Positions 11,165-22,219 of a DNA stretch of 64,000 bases are shown piece by piece. The stretch is from an uncultured Planctomycetia bacterium (GTDB lineage Bacteria; Omnitrophota; Gorgyraeia; Gorgyraeales; Gorgyraeaceae). The notes under the pieces are model-generated. The model searched no databases. It worked only from the letters and a program-made list of their open reading frames with translations, and was not told where the DNA came from. How positions within the stretch are numbered: the first letter of the stretch is position 1; every line of letters begins with the position of its first letter. Location of the stretch: NCBI GenBank assembly GCA_964652265.1, contig CAZZAL010000002.1, positions 33,426 through 97,425 on the forward strand. Reading direction: 5' to 3'. The position numbers were made by a program, and so were the translations under genes.

Positions 11165-11533
11165 ATGTATGCGATTTTAATTGTAGTGCATGTGATAGTC
11201 AGTATTTTTTTGATAGGAGTGATCCTGCTTCAGGCAGGTCGCGGCGGGGGGCTTGCTGATTCTTTTGGCGGTTCACAGATGCAGAGTTTGTTCGGCACAA
11301 AGAGTACGACAGTCCTTACAAGGATGACTACGGTGTGCGCTGTTGTTTTTATCTTAAGCTGTCTTTCGCTGGCGATCATCTCTAGTCGTAGGTCCAAGTC
11401 TTTAGTGGAAAGAGTTGATACTCCAGTGGCAACAGAGACAGTTGAGGTGGATGATGCTGCTGAAGCTGAAGAAATTCCGGATACAGTCCCTATCTCAGAA
11501 GAAACGCAAGGGAGTACGAACGAGGCAGAATAA
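11165..11533 (+). CDS. secG: Preprotein translocase subunit SecG (with acidic C-terminal tail)
   Basis: N-terminal TM helix, LLQAGRGGGLADSFGG motif, second TM helix. It occupies the position after tpiA that is conserved in many bacteria. The acidic tail VEVDDAAEAEE is unusual. Confidence 0.8.
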   Translation: MYAILIVVHVIVSIFLIGVILLQAGRGGGLADSFGGSQMQSLFGTKSTTVLTRMTTVCAVVFILSCLSLAIISSRRSKSLVERVDTPVATETVEVDDAAEAEEIPDTVPISEETQGSTNEAE

Positions 11534-11534
11534 G

Positions 11535-13148
11535 TTGGCTATTCAAAAAAGCATTATCAGAAAAATAAAGACCGTCTTTCAAAAGGCGGTCTTTTTGTTT
11601 ATAGGACTACTCCTTTTGGGATTCAGACCGGATTACGGTGACGCAATAGTAGTCGGTTCTATTGGTGAACCGCGGACGCTCGTCCCTATTCTGGCTTCTG
11701 ATAGCTCTTCAGGTGCGATCTGCGGACTTGTATTTAATGGCCTTGTAAAATATGACAAGGATTTAAATCTAGTAGGAGACCTTGCTGAAAGATGGGATGT
11801 CTCAGAGGACGGGCTCGAGATCATATTTTATTTAAGAAAGGGTATCAGGTGGCAAGACGGCTTGCCCTTTACAGCAAGAGATGTAGAGTTTACGTACAAG
11901 AGCCTGATAGACCCGGATGTAAGGACGCCTTACAGCGGAGATTTCCAGATGGTCGAAGAGTTTGCGATCCTGGATGATTACACGTTGAAGGTTGTATACA
12001 AAGAGCCGTTTTCCCCAGGTCTTTCCAGCTGGGGCATGAATATCATGCCTAAGCATCTGCTTGAAGGGGAAGACCTAAATAGTACAGATTTTTCAAGAAG
12101 TCCTGTTGGCACAGGGCCGTATAGATTTAAATTGTGGAAGACAGGCGAGAAGGTAGAGCTATTGTCTAATCATGATTATTTTGAAGGCAGACCTGGCATA
12201 GACCGCTACATATACCGGATTATACCTGACCAGGCGACGATGTTTCTGGAGCTAAGGGCAGAGGGAGTAGATTATATTTCTCTTTCACCTTTACAGTTTA
12301 AGAGGCAGACAGACAACAAGTTTTTCAGGGAGAATTTTCAAAAGTTTAATTTTCCAAGTTTTGGATATACGTATCTGGGATACAATCTAGAAGATGGAAG
12401 GTTTAAGGATCTAAGGGTCAGGCAGGCAATAAATTATGCAATAGATAAAGATGAGATCATACGGGGAGTGCTTTTGGGACTCGGGAGAGTCGCGACAGGA
12501 CCTTTTATACCAGAATCATGGGCCTATAACAAGGATGTACGGCCTCTAGAGTATGATCCTGGAAAAGCAAGAGCACTTTTAGAAGAAGCAGGGTGGCGCG
12601 ATGAAGATGGAGACAATATATTAGAGAAAGACGGTGCAGAATTTTCATTTACTATCATTACAAATCAGGGTAATAACGAGCGCAGGATGACAGCGGAGAT
12701 CATACAGAGGAGATTAAAAGAGGTCGGGATAGATGTCAGGATAAAGATAATAGAATGGAGCACTTTTGTCAGCGAGTTTATAGATAAAAGAAGATTTGAC
12801 GCAGTGCTTCTGGGGTGGAGCTTGAGTTTGGATCCTGATATGTATGATATATGGCATTCGTCAAAGACCATGCAGGGTGAATTTAATTTTGTCGGGTATT
12901 CAAATCCTGAGGTCGATAGATTACTTTTGGAAGGCAGAAGCAAATTTGACCAGGCCGAGCGGAAGAAGATATACCACAGGATCCATGAGATCTTATATGA
13001 GGAGCAGCCGTATCTATTTTTGTATGTGCCCTTAGCATTACCTATTATCCATGACCGGTTTAAAGGTATTGAAGTAGGTGCCTCAGGCATTGGCCATAAT
13101 TTTATAAAATGGCATGTGCCAAAGGCAGAGCAAAAATATACAAGATGA
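11535..13148 (+). CDS. ABC transporter substrate-binding protein, family 5 (Opp/Dpp/Nik peptide/nickel type)
   Basis: Family-5 SBP-like sequence ([47 protein letters not shown]). I start at in-frame TTG 11535, with GAGG 9 nt upstream. This gives [30 protein letters not shown], a plausible signal peptide. The ORF-track start 11415 overlaps secG. TTG 11595 is an alternative start. Confidence 0.75.
   Translation: MAIQKSIIRKIKTVFQKAVFLFIGLLLLGFRPDYGDAIVVGSIGEPRTLVPILASDSSSGAICGLVFNGLVKYDKDLNLVGDLAERWDVSEDGLEIIFYLRKGIRWQDGLPFTARDVEFTYKSLIDPDVRTPYSGDFQMVEEFAILDDYTLKVVYKEPFSPGLSSWGMNIMPKHLLEGEDLNSTDFSRSPVGTGPYRFKLWKTGEKVELLSNHDYFEGRPGIDRYIYRIIPDQATMFLELRAEGVDYISLSPLQFKRQTDNKFFRENFQKFNFPSFGYTYLGYNLEDGRFKDLRVRQAINYAIDKDEIIRGVLLGLGRVATGPFIPESWAYNKDVRPLEYDPGKARALLEEAGWRDEDGDNILEKDGAEFSFTIITNQGNNERRMTAEIIQRRLKEVGIDVRIKIIEWSTFVSEFIDKRRFDAVLLGWSLSLDPDMYDIWHSSKTMQGEFNFVGYSNPEVDRLLLEGRSKFDQAERKKIYHRIHEILYEEQPYLFLYVPLALPIIHDRFKGIEVGASGIGHNFIKWHVPKAEQKYTR
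11567..11600 (+). terminator. Rho-independent terminator-like hairpin after secG
   Basis: AAAGACCG (11567-11574) pairs with CGGTCTTT (11587-11594). Inner CTT/AAG pairs extend the stem, and TTGTTT follows. It lies inside the predicted signal-peptide coding region of the next gene. Confidence 0.55.
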
Positions 13149-14119
13149 TCAAATATATTTTACGCAGGATATTGGGTTTGGTTCCGCTTTTATTGGGTAT
13201 AACTATTATTACCTTTGCAGTGATCCATCTTGCCCCAGGCAAACCCACGGACCTCGAAGCGCAGTTTAACCCAAAGGTCTCTATGGAGGCGCGCGAGAGG
13301 CTCGAGCGGCTCTATGGCCTGGATAAACCTATTCACATTCAATACACAGATTGGCTGAAACGACTTTTACGTTTTGATTTCGGGATATCTTTTGTTGACT
13401 CAAGACCTGTTATCAAGAAGATCGGGGAACGTATACCGGTCACACTTGGTATAAACCTGGCCTCGATCATCTTGATATTCTTGATAGGCGTGCCCATAGG
13501 TGTGAGTTCGGCGGTCAAAGAAAAAAGTTTTTATGATAGGTTCATGACAGTGTTTGTGTTTGTCGGATTTGCGATCCCTACCTTTTGGCTAAGCTTGATC
13601 CTTATGGATCTTGTAGGTGTAAGGTGGGGGCTTTTACCTGTATCAGGTATAAAGTCTCTTGAATTTGATAAATTCAGTCTGATTGAAAAGATAATCGATG
13701 TTGCGAGGCATCTGGTATTACCTGTTTTTGTATCAGCGTTTGGCGGTCTTGCAGGGATCTCGCGTTATATGCGCAGCAACATGGTACATGTCTTGAGACA
13801 GGACTACATAAGGACAGCAAGGGCAAAGGGATTGAAAGAAGGGGACGTGGTTTATAAGCATGCCTTGAAAAATGCACTACTTCCTGTTGTCACTATTTTA
13901 GGATTATCTGTGCCAGGGCTCATAGGGGGCAGTGTTATCTTTGAATCCATATTCAGTATACCAGGCATGGGCAGACTTTTTTACGAATCAGTAATGGCAA
14001 GGGATTATCCTGTTATCATGGGTGTCCTGGTGATTGGCGCGGCCTTGACGCTTTTAGGCAATCTTCTTGCAGATATTTCATATGCGGCTGTAGATCCGCG
14101 GATAAAACTCAATGAATAG
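13145..14119 (+). CDS. ABC transporter permease (OppB/DppB type)
   Basis: [25 protein letters not shown]-terminus typical of DppB/OppB, and the conserved loop [30 protein letters not shown]. The internal Met at 13145 forms an ATGA overlap with the SBP stop. Confidence 0.9.
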   Translation: MIKYILRRILGLVPLLLGITIITFAVIHLAPGKPTDLEAQFNPKVSMEARERLERLYGLDKPIHIQYTDWLKRLLRFDFGISFVDSRPVIKKIGERIPVTLGINLASIILIFLIGVPIGVSSAVKEKSFYDRFMTVFVFVGFAIPTFWLSLILMDLVGVRWGLLPVSGIKSLEFDKFSLIEKIIDVARHLVLPVFVSAFGGLAGISRYMRSNMVHVLRQDYIRTARAKGLKEGDVVYKHALKNALLPVVTILGLSVPGLIGGSVIFESIFSIPGMGRLFYESVMARDYPVIMGVLVIGAALTLLGNLLADISYAAVDPRIKLNE

Positions 14120-14906
14120 ATTAATGATTTTTGGGATAGGGATAGTGCTTTTCTTTGCAATAGTGGCGGTTTTCGCGCCTCTTATTGCCCCACATGATCC
14201 TGGCCAGATTGATATTGAAAATATACTTACAGGACCGTCACGACAGCATCTCTTAGGTACCGACAGTTTAGGCAGAGACTTATTCAGCCGCATGGTTTAC
14301 GGGACTCGCATATCTTTACTCGTTGGTTTGATAGCTGTGGGTATCTCTGCTATTATCGGAATACTCCTCGGGTCTTTAGCTGGTTACTATGGTAGGTGGG
14401 TTGATGTCTTGATTATGCGGTTTGTGGATATAATGCTTTGTTTCCCGACGTTTTTTCTGATACTTGCAGTGATCGCGCTTTTGGAGCCGAGCATTGTCAA
14501 CATCATGATAATAATCGGAGTCACGAGCTGGATGGGCGTGGCGCGTCTTATAAGAGCAGAGATATTGAGTTTAAAGGAGAGAGATTTTATATATGCTGAG
14601 AAGGCTATAGGTGCAAGTGACCTCAGGATTATTGTAAGACACCTGATCCCAAATGCCATTGCCCCGGTACTCGTGAGTATTACACTGGGGATCGCTGCTG
14701 CAATTCTTGTGGAGTCGAGCCTGAGTTTTCTTGGTATAGGTGTGCAGCCTCCTACGCCAAGCTGGGGGAATATCTTAAGCGAGGGCAAATCTGTTATGGG
14801 AGCGGCATGGTGGATGATGCTTTTTCCAGGCCTGGCAATTTTTATAACAGTCCTTGGTTATAATCTTCTTGGCGAAGGCATAAGGGAGAAGTTTCTAAGG
14901 GTTTAG
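14112..14906 (+). CDS. ABC transporter permease (OppC/DppC type)
   Basis: [15 protein letters not shown] motif and [30 protein letters not shown] loop; 8-nt overlap with the upstream permease. Confidence 0.9.
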   Translation: MNRLMIFGIGIVLFFAIVAVFAPLIAPHDPGQIDIENILTGPSRQHLLGTDSLGRDLFSRMVYGTRISLLVGLIAVGISAIIGILLGSLAGYYGRWVDVLIMRFVDIMLCFPTFFLILAVIALLEPSIVNIMIIIGVTSWMGVARLIRAEILSLKERDFIYAEKAIGASDLRIIVRHLIPNAIAPVLVSITLGIAAAILVESSLSFLGIGVQPPTPSWGNILSEGKSVMGAAWWMMLFPGLAIFITVLGYNLLGEGIREKFLRV

Positions 14907-14936
14907 CTTAAAAGCTTTAGGCACAAAAAGGACAGT

Positions 14937-15902
14937 ATGATTCTGGAGATAAAGGGTTTAAAGGTAAGCTATAACGATATAGAGGTAGTGCGAGGGGTTG
15001 ATCTCTCTATTGATAAAGGCGAATGCGTTGGGCTGGTCGGCGAGTCAGGTTGCGGCAAAAGCACAATAGGGCTTTCAATAACAAAGCTTATCCCTAGGGA
15101 AAAGGGCAGGATCGATGCAGGCAGTATTTTACTGGAGGGCAAGGATATCTTGTCCTTGGATCCCGATGGATTGAGGACGATCAGGGGGAGAAGGATATCT
15201 TATGTGTTTCAGGATCCATTTAGTTCCTTAAACCCTGTTTTTACGATTTATGACCAATTAAAAGAGGCCTTACCTGGCAAGGAAAATACTGAAGAGGTTA
15301 TCTCTGGGATACTAGATAGTGTTGGGCTTTCTAAAATAGCAGGTAATAAAAAGATCTATCCACATGAATTATCTGGAGGCATGCAGCAGCGCGTGATGAT
15401 AGCAATGGCGATTGCTTCAAATCCGGATTTACTGGTGCTGGATGAGCCGACAACAGCGCTTGATGTCACGATCCAGAATCAGATATTAGAGCTCATCATG
15501 GAACTAAAGAACAAGATGAGGCTCTCGATTTTATTTATATCACATGACTTAAAGACGATTTTTAGACTTTCAGATAAAGTAACTGTTATGTATGCTGGTA
15601 GAATAGTCGAAGATGCCTCAAAAGAAAATATAATCTCGCAGCCCATGCATCCCTATACCATGGGCCTAGTAGGTTCGATACCGTCTTTTGAACACAGAAA
15701 AGAAAGGTTTAACGCTATAGAAGGCAATGCCCCTCTTTTTTCAGATCTGCCAAGGGGCTGTAAATTTCATCCTCGCTGTAAATTTAGAATAGATAGATGC
15801 TTAAAAGAGGAACCGCAACTGGAAGAGACTTCAAACGGAGGCGTTTCCCGCTGCATAAGGGTAAAGGAGCAATTCTTTGATGGAGCTATTAAAAGTACGT
15901 AA
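14937..15902 (+). CDS. ABC transporter ATP-binding protein (OppD/DppD type)
   Basis: Walker [10 protein letters not shown], signature LSGGMQQR, Walker [13 protein letters not shown], and a C-terminal Cys-containing oligopeptide-type extension (CKFHPRCKF). Confidence 0.9.
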   Translation: MILEIKGLKVSYNDIEVVRGVDLSIDKGECVGLVGESGCGKSTIGLSITKLIPREKGRIDAGSILLEGKDILSLDPDGLRTIRGRRISYVFQDPFSSLNPVFTIYDQLKEALPGKENTEEVISGILDSVGLSKIAGNKKIYPHELSGGMQQRVMIAMAIASNPDLLVLDEPTTALDVTIQNQILELIMELKNKMRLSILFISHDLKTIFRLSDKVTVMYAGRIVEDASKENIISQPMHPYTMGLVGSIPSFEHRKERFNAIEGNAPLFSDLPRGCKFHPRCKFRIDRCLKEEPQLEETSNGGVSRCIRVKEQFFDGAIKST

Positions 15903-16632
15903 GCTAAAGAAGGTTTTTCCAAAACATAAAGTGGCTGCGGTTGACGGCGTGGATTTTTCCATCTTTAAAGGCGAGATACTGGGTCTTGTAGGTGAGTCTG
16001 GTTGTGGCAAGACTACACTTTCAAGGACTCTCTTGCGGCTTACCGATGTCCATGAGGGAGAGGTTTTTTATAGAGGGAAGGATCTGTTAAAGATTTCTCA
16101 TGAAAAGATGAGGGGCATGCGTAAGAATTTACAGATCATCTTTCAGGACCCATATATGTCTTTAGATCCTCGGATGAAGATCGGAGAAATCCTGGAAGAG
16201 GTTTTCCTGATTCACGAGAGGCTTACAGCACTAGAAAGAAGAAAAAAGGTAGTAGAAATCCTGGAAAAAGTAGGCCTGGGAGAGGTCTATTTAAGGCGAC
16301 TTCCGTCTGAGGTTTCTGGAGGAGAGCGGCAACGCGTTGGAATTGCTCGTTCATTAGCCACTGATCCTGAATTTATAATATGTGATGAGCCTGTTTCCAG
16401 CCTTGATATATCTGTGCAGGCCCAGATCCTGAATCTCTTGATGGATATCCAAAAGAAGAAGAACCTGACTTATTTTTTTATAAGCCACGATCTGAATGTC
16501 ATAGCATCTATATGCGATAGAGTAATAGTGATGAAATCAGGTAGATTTGTAGAGATAGGTTCTTGTGAGGATATCTTTAAAAATCCTCAGCACGCCTACA
16601 CAAGGAGCCTGGTTGATTCAAGCCTCGCTTGA
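15880..16632 (+). CDS. ABC transporter ATP-binding protein (OppF/DppF type)
   Basis: Walker A GESGCGKTT, signature VSGGERQR, Walker B FIICDEPVSSLD. The ATG at 15880 is preferred over TTG 15877; AAAGGAG lies 10 nt upstream. Confidence 0.9.
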   Translation: MELLKVRKLKKVFPKHKVAAVDGVDFSIFKGEILGLVGESGCGKTTLSRTLLRLTDVHEGEVFYRGKDLLKISHEKMRGMRKNLQIIFQDPYMSLDPRMKIGEILEEVFLIHERLTALERRKKVVEILEKVGLGEVYLRRLPSEVSGGERQRVGIARSLATDPEFIICDEPVSSLDISVQAQILNLLMDIQKKKNLTYFFISHDLNVIASICDRVIVMKSGRFVEIGSCEDIFKNPQHAYTRSLVDSSLA

Positions 16633-16642
16633 GTTTTTGGTA

Positions 16643-16671
16643 TTGCTGAAAGGGCTAAGTTAGTATATAAT
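16643..16671 (+). promoter_or_regulatory. Putative sigma70-type promoter of glgC
   Basis: TTGCTG (16643-16648), 17 nt spacer, TATAAT (16666-16671), followed by RBS AGGAGG (16685-16690) and TTG start 16695. The -35 lies inside GTTTTTGGTATTG (16633-16645), identical to 2580-2592. Confidence 0.5.
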
Positions 16672-16694
16672 AGGCGTCTATATAGGAGGTAGAG

Positions 16695-17909
16695 TTGAAG
16701 AATGTGCTTGCATTTATAATGGCTGGAGGCAAAGGCGAAAGGCTTTTCCCTCTTACAAAAGACAGGGCAAAGCCAGCAGTGCCTTTTGGTGGCGTGTATA
16801 GGATCATAGATTTTACACTTTCTAATTGTATTAATTCGGAACTGCGAAAGATACATATCCTGACCCAGTATAAGTCATCTTCTCTTACAAAACATATTGT
16901 CAGGGGTTGGAATGTGCTGAATGGAGAACTAGGGGAGTACATAGACGTCATACCTGCCCAGCAGAGGGTTGATGAGCGCTGGTATGAAGGCACAGCAGAT
17001 TCTATCTATCAGAATATTTATGCGATCGAGGATGAAAAACCGGATTATGTCGCTATCCTTGCAGGGGACCATGTTTATAAGATGGACTACAAGGAGATGT
17101 TTGATTTTCACGTGGCCAAAAAGGCTGATCTTACAGTAGGAGTTGTGAGTATGCCCAAAGAAAATGCGTATGAGTTGGGCGTGTGTGAGCTTGATGGAGC
17201 AGCGGGTATCAAGACTATTACTGAAAAACCCGGCTCCGGCGCAAAGTTATTCAAGGATTCCAAAACAGCATATGTTTCAATGGGCATATATATTTTCAAT
17301 AGAACGGTGTTGAAAGAGGTTTTATCACAAGATGCCAAAGACAAGAAATCGTCGCATGATTTTGCAAGGGATATCATACCTTCGATGCTAGGTAGATACA
17401 AGGTCTGCGCTTATAATTTTATAGATAAAGAAAGGAATGAGCCGAGGTACTGGAGGGATGTCGGAGATATAGATGCGTATTACGAGGCCAATATGGACCT
17501 TGTAAAGATCTTGCCAGCGTTTAACTTATACGATAAGGAATGGCCTTTCAGGACATACCAGGAGCAGTTTGGCCCTGCAAAGACTGTGTTCGCTCACGAG
17601 GACAAGAAAAGGATAGGCATGGCTCTTAATTCTCTTGTCTGTAATGGTTGTATTATAAGTGGAGGTAAGGTGCAGTCGAGTATACTTTCGCCCAATGTCA
17701 GGATAAACAGTTTTTCAGAGGTGTCAGATTCTATTCTTATGGAAGGTGTGGATATAGGAAGACATGCTAAAGTAAAGCGCGCTGTCATAGATAAGTATGT
17801 AAGGGTCCCGCAGAAGATGGAGATAGGTTTTGATTTAAAAAAAGACAGCAAGCGTTTCAAGGTGACTGCCTCAGGCATAGTTGTTATACCAAAGGGCACG
17901 GTGTTGTAG
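16695..17909 (+). CDS. glgC: Glucose-1-phosphate adenylyltransferase
   Basis: AFIMAGGKGERLFPLTKDRAKPAVPFGGVYRIIDF N-terminal nucleotidyltransferase motif, GTADSIYQN, and a C-terminal left-handed beta-helix region. TTG start with a strong RBS. Confidence 0.9.
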   Translation: MKNVLAFIMAGGKGERLFPLTKDRAKPAVPFGGVYRIIDFTLSNCINSELRKIHILTQYKSSSLTKHIVRGWNVLNGELGEYIDVIPAQQRVDERWYEGTADSIYQNIYAIEDEKPDYVAILAGDHVYKMDYKEMFDFHVAKKADLTVGVVSMPKENAYELGVCELDGAAGIKTITEKPGSGAKLFKDSKTAYVSMGIYIFNRTVLKEVLSQDAKDKKSSHDFARDIIPSMLGRYKVCAYNFIDKERNEPRYWRDVGDIDAYYEANMDLVKILPAFNLYDKEWPFRTYQEQFGPAKTVFAHEDKKRIGMALNSLVCNGCIISGGKVQSSILSPNVRINSFSEVSDSILMEGVDIGRHAKVKRAVIDKYVRVPQKMEIGFDLKKDSKRFKVTASGIVVIPKGTVL

Positions 17910-17910
17910 C

Positions 17911-18360
17911 ATGATAAGAAAAGCCCATGTAGGAGATATAAAGGATATCCAGGAATTGATAAATTTTTATGCAAAAAAAGACGAGATGTTGCCTCGTTCA
18001 TTGAACGAGCTGTATGAAAACCTCAGGGATTTTTTTGTCTATGAGGAAAAAGGTAAGGTCACCGGCTGCGTGGCATTGCATGTTACATGGGAGGACCTTG
18101 CAGAAGTGAGGTCTCTTGCGGTGCTTGCCTCAAGCCAGAAAAAGAAGGTCGGGAGTGCTTTGGTAAGCGCAGCCTTCCAAGATGCGAAGAGGCTCAAAGT
18201 GAAACGCGTATTCGCACTTACATATGTTCCTTTATTTTTTGAGAAATTTGGATTCAAAAAAGTCGATCATTCAGACCTGCCGCATAAGATCTGGTCAGAA
18301 TGCATAAAATGCGTCAAGTTTCCTGATTGCGAAGAAGTGGCACTGGTGATAGACTTATAG
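17911..18360 (+). CDS. GNAT N-acetyltransferase, ArgA C-terminal-domain-like (possible short N-acetylglutamate synthase)
   Basis: 149 aa: MIRKAHVGDIKDIQELINFYA..., acetyl-CoA loop QKKKVGSALV, C-terminal LPHKIWSECIKCVKFPDCEE. Internal Met at 17911, 2 nt after the glgC stop. Confidence 0.65.
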   Translation: MIRKAHVGDIKDIQELINFYAKKDEMLPRSLNELYENLRDFFVYEEKGKVTGCVALHVTWEDLAEVRSLAVLASSQKKKVGSALVSAAFQDAKRLKVKRVFALTYVPLFFEKFGFKKVDHSDLPHKIWSECIKCVKFPDCEEVALVIDL

Positions 18361-18368
18361 GATTAATC

Positions 18369-19637
18369 ATGGCATATACAATAACTGAAAAAATATTACT
18401 AGCCCATACAAAAGAAAATTCTATTGCTCCGGGAGATTTTATTTACGCTAAGATAGATATGGCGCTCGGAAATGATATTACTGCACCTATTGCTATAAAG
18501 GAATTCGAAGTCTCTAGGGCCAAAAAGGTATTTAATAGGAAAAGAATCGCTCTTGTGCCAGATCATTTTACGCCTGCGAAGGACAGGAAGAGTGCCTTGC
18601 AGGCAAGGATCTTAAAGGATTTTGCCAAGAAGCATAGAATAGAGAATTATTTTGAAGTAGGCCGTATGGGCGTGGAACATGCGCTTTTGCCAGAACAGGG
18701 TCTTGTGGGATCAGGTGATTTGATCATAGGGGCTGATTCTCATACTTGTACGTATGGCGCGCTTGGCGCATTTTCAACTGGCGTGGGCTCTACAGATCTT
18801 GCAGCTGGTTTTATTACAGGCTGCGTGTGGCTGAAAGTACCTGAGACAATGAAGTTTGTTTATCACGGGAAGATGCCTAAATGGGTGAGCGGAAAAGACC
18901 TGATTCTACATACAATAGGAGATATCGGCGTAGACGGAGCTTTATATAGGGCTATGGAGTTTAGTGGCGAGGCCATCCGTAGATTGCCCATGGATGATAG
19001 ATTTGCGATGTGCAACATGGCTATTGAGGCAGGAGGGAAGTCAGGGATCATAGAACCAGACGAGATCACGCGCAGGTATCTGGCTAGTACAAAGTATAAA
19101 GTAAAAAGCAAAAGGTTTTTTAAAAGCGATAAGAATGCTAAATATCATGAAGTCCGCGAGTATGATGTTAAAAAGATCGAACCACAGGTCTCTGCTCCAC
19201 ATCTGCCGAGCAATGCCGGAGGAGTGACTAAGTTTAAAAATGTAACTATTGATCAGTCAGTGATCGGCTCGTGCACAAATGGCAGGATCAGTGACTTAAG
19301 GATAGCTGCCAGGATATTAAAAGGCAAAAAGGTCAACTCAAATGTCCGTCTGATAATAATACCTGCTACCCAAAAGATCTATCTGGAGGCCATGAAAGAG
19401 GGCCTTGCTGATATATTTTTAAACTCAGGCGGTGTTTTTTCAACTCCGAGCTGCGGTCCCTGTCTCGGAGGCCACTTAGGTATTTTAGGAAAAGGTGAGC
19501 GTGCGATCGCAACTACTAATAGAAATTTCCGGGGTAGGATGGGACATCCTTCCAGCGAGGTCTATCTTTCCAATCCAGCCGTGGCTGCAGCAAGCGCAAT
19601 AAAAGGCAGGATCGCGCATCCTGACGAGGTAATCTAA
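18369..19637 (+). CDS. leuC: 3-isopropylmalate dehydratase (or homoaconitase-type) large subunit
   Basis: Aconitase-family motifs [22 protein letters not shown] and CGPCLGG (Fe-S ligand cysteines); about 420 aa, the short archaeal-type form. Internal Met [10 protein letters not shown] chosen as start. Confidence 0.85.
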   Translation: MAYTITEKILLAHTKENSIAPGDFIYAKIDMALGNDITAPIAIKEFEVSRAKKVFNRKRIALVPDHFTPAKDRKSALQARILKDFAKKHRIENYFEVGRMGVEHALLPEQGLVGSGDLIIGADSHTCTYGALGAFSTGVGSTDLAAGFITGCVWLKVPETMKFVYHGKMPKWVSGKDLILHTIGDIGVDGALYRAMEFSGEAIRRLPMDDRFAMCNMAIEAGGKSGIIEPDEITRRYLASTKYKVKSKRFFKSDKNAKYHEVREYDVKKIEPQVSAPHLPSNAGGVTKFKNVTIDQSVIGSCTNGRISDLRIAARILKGKKVNSNVRLIIIPATQKIYLEAMKEGLADIFLNSGGVFSTPSCGPCLGGHLGILGKGERAIATTNRNFRGRMGHPSSEVYLSNPAVAAASAIKGRIAHPDEVI

Positions 19638-19638
19638 T

Positions 19639-20139
19639 ATGAAGTTCAAGGGCAAGGTCTGGAAATTCGGGGATGATGTAAATACAGATGAGATAATACC
19701 GGCCAGGTTTCTCAATACCCAGGATGAAAAGGAACTTGGAGAACACTGCATGGAAGATATCGATGCCAGCTTTGCAAAAAAGGTCTCCAAGGGAGATATA
19801 ATAGTCGCTGGCAAGAATTTTGGATGTGGCTCTTCAAGAGAGCATGCCCAGATCTCAATAAAAGGCGCAGGTGTTTCGTGCGTGATAGCAGAGAGTTTTG
19901 CCAGGATCTTTTACAGGAATGCGATAAATGTAGGTCTCCCCATACTAGAGATAGATGATGCAACGAATATCCATGCCGAAGACTATCTTGAGGTGGATCT
20001 GGATAGGGGCGAGATCTTAAATCTATCCGAAAACGAACAGTGCAAGGTCCAGCCTCTACCTAAATTTATTCAGGAGATCATAAAATCAGGCGGACTTTTA
20101 AAATGGATCAAAAGGAGAGCTAATAAATGTACAAGATAG
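19639..20139 (+). CDS. leuD: 3-isopropylmalate dehydratase (or homoaconitase-type) small subunit
   Basis: [13 protein letters not shown] swivel-domain motif; 166 aa, directly after leuC. Confidence 0.85.
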   Translation: MKFKGKVWKFGDDVNTDEIIPARFLNTQDEKELGEHCMEDIDASFAKKVSKGDIIVAGKNFGCGSSREHAQISIKGAGVSCVIAESFARIFYRNAINVGLPILEIDDATNIHAEDYLEVDLDRGEILNLSENEQCKVQPLPKFIQEIIKSGGLLKWIKRRANKCTR

Positions 20140-21176
20140 CGGTGATCGCAGGAGACGGGACAGGACCAGAAGTAGTAAGAGAGGGACTAAAGGTTCTTGA
20201 GGCATTAGGCAAGAAAAATAATTTTAAATACGAGACAGTAGAATATGATCTTGGCGGAGAGAGATATCTAAAGAAAAAAGAACTCGTGCCTGATTCTGTC
20301 TTAAAGGAACTTTCTAGTGTGAGCGCGATATATCTGGGCGCGATAGGACACCCAGACGTCAAGCCAGGCATATTGGAACAGGGGATACTTTTAAAACTCA
20401 GGTTTCATTTTGAGCAGTATATAAACTTGAGGCCAGTAAAACTCTATCCAGGGGTGTGGACACCTTTAAAAGACAAGAAACCAGAGGATATAGACTTTGT
20501 CGTTGTAAGAGAAAATACAGAAGGCCTGTACAAAGGCATGGGTGAATTCCAGAAGAAAGGTACAAAAGATGAAATAGCTCTTCAGGTTTCTCACAATACA
20601 AGAAAGGGTGTTGAGCGCTGCGTCAGATTCGCGTTTGAGTATACTAAGAAGAGAAACAAAAGAAAGGACCTTACGCTTTGCGGAAAGACAAATGTTCTGA
20701 CTTATGCGTGGGATCTATGGGACAGGACGTTTAATGAGGTCGCAGGAGAGTACAAAGACGTGAAGACAGATTATGCCCACGTGGATGCGACTTGCATGTG
20801 GATGATAAAGAATCCAGAATGGTTTGATGTCATCGTGACAGATAATATGTTCGGAGACATTATTACTGATCTTGGAGCTATGATCCAAGGCGGTATGGGT
20901 ATTGCTGCAGGAGGCAATATAAATCCTTTAGGAATTTCCATGTTTGAGCCAATAGGCGGGTCTGCTCCGAAATACACAGGAAAGAACGTGATCAATCCTC
21001 TTGCCGCTATCTGCGCATTGGGGATGTTACTGGAATCTCTGGGCGAGAAGAAATCCGCAGTAGAGCTGGAGCGTTCAGTGATGAAGGTGACCGGAGAAAA
21101 ACTAAAAAGTCTTTCAGCAGGCAAGATGGGTTATTCTACGAGTGAAGTCGGTGATTTAGTAGTAAAGAATTTATAA
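20127..21176 (+). CDS. leuB: 3-isopropylmalate dehydrogenase family (beta-decarboxylating dehydrogenase)
   Basis: [22 protein letters not shown] and [12 protein letters not shown] motifs. Substrate (isopropylmalate, tartrate/D-malate or homoisocitrate) cannot be fixed by eye. Confidence 0.8.
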   Translation: MYKIAVIAGDGTGPEVVREGLKVLEALGKKNNFKYETVEYDLGGERYLKKKELVPDSVLKELSSVSAIYLGAIGHPDVKPGILEQGILLKLRFHFEQYINLRPVKLYPGVWTPLKDKKPEDIDFVVVRENTEGLYKGMGEFQKKGTKDEIALQVSHNTRKGVERCVRFAFEYTKKRNKRKDLTLCGKTNVLTYAWDLWDRTFNEVAGEYKDVKTDYAHVDATCMWMIKNPEWFDVIVTDNMFGDIITDLGAMIQGGMGIAAGGNINPLGISMFEPIGGSAPKYTGKNVINPLAAICALGMLLESLGEKKSAVELERSVMKVTGEKLKSLSAGKMGYSTSEVGDLVVKNL

Positions 21177-21190
21177 CAAACGAGGTATTT

Positions 21191-22219
21191 ATGGCTAAAA
21201 AATATAATGTTGCTATAGTCGGGGCCACTGGAATGGTGGGTGGCGAGTTTATAAAGATACTACAGGAGCGTAAGTTTCCTGTCAAGGAGATCCGGCTTTT
21301 AGCATCCGGTCGCTCAAAAGGGAGGAAACTGAAATTCTGCGGAAAAGATCATGAGGTGCAGGAACTCAGGAAAGATTCTTTTAAGGATATAGAGATTGCC
21401 TTGTTTTCAGCAGGGGCTGGGATCAGTAAAGAATTTGCACCTATTGCTGCAAAGGCAGGTTGCGTGGTAGTGGATAATTCTAGTGCTTTTAGGATGGATC
21501 CCGGAGTACCTCTTGTGGTGCCTGAAGTGAATCCCGAAGTTATAAAGAGACATAAAGGTATTATAGCAAATCCGAATTGCTCCACCATACAGATGGTCGT
21601 GGCCTTAAAACCGCTCCATGATGCAGCAAAGATAAAAAGGATAGTTGTCTCTACCTATCAATCTGCTTCTGGATGGGGAAAAGAGGCAGTGGATCAGCTA
21701 TGGGAAGAGACTGAGGCAGCTGTTAGGAGCAAAAGACGAGAGGCGAGTAAGGACGTAAAGAAGGTCAAAAAGGTGCTTCCTGATCAGATCGCCTTTAATG
21801 TCATCCCTCACATAGATGTATTTTTGCCAAACAGGTACACTAAAGAAGAGATGAAGATGGTAAATGAGACCAGGAAGATCATGGAAGATGATAACATAAG
21901 GATCACTGCTACTTGTGTGCGTGTCCCGGTTTTGACGTCACACGCAGAGGCAGTTAATATTGAAACCGAAAAGAAACTGACTCCGGATGAGGCAATCGAG
22001 ATCTTAAGAAATACCCCTGGCGTTGAGATCATAGATGACATTTCAAAAGAGCAGTACCCCCTTCCACTAGATGCTGCAGGAAAAGATGCTACCTATGTAG
22101 GCAGGATCCGCGCGGATGAATCTGTAGAAAACGGTCTTAATCTTTGGGTTGTAAGTGATAATCTACGTAAGGGCGCGGCATTGAACGCAATCCAGATCGC
22201 AGAAGCCTTGATCAAGTGA
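21191..22219 (+). CDS. asd: Aspartate-semialdehyde dehydrogenase
   Basis: VAIVGATGMVG Rossmann motif, IANPNCSTI active-site Cys, SDNLRKGAALNA near the C-terminus. Confidence 0.9.
   Translation: MAKKYNVAIVGATGMVGGEFIKILQERKFPVKEIRLLASGRSKGRKLKFCGKDHEVQELRKDSFKDIEIALFSAGAGISKEFAPIAAKAGCVVVDNSSAFRMDPGVPLVVPEVNPEVIKRHKGIIANPNCSTIQMVVALKPLHDAAKIKRIVVSTYQSASGWGKEAVDQLWEETEAAVRSKRREASKDVKKVKKVLPDQIAFNVIPHIDVFLPNRYTKEEMKMVNETRKIMEDDNIRITATCVRVPVLTSHAEAVNIETEKKLTPDEAIEILRNTPGVEIIDDISKEQYPLPLDAAGKDATYVGRIRADESVENGLNLWVVSDNLRKGAALNAIQIAEALIK

Noticed and set aside
11415-11534. ORF-track N-terminal extension of the substrate-binding protein overlapping the last 119 nt of secG
   Set aside because: The extension (MILQWQQRQLRWMMLLKLKKF...) is not signal-peptide-like and would require a long out-of-frame overlap with secG. 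In-frame TTG 11535 with an upstream GAGG gives a normal signal peptide.
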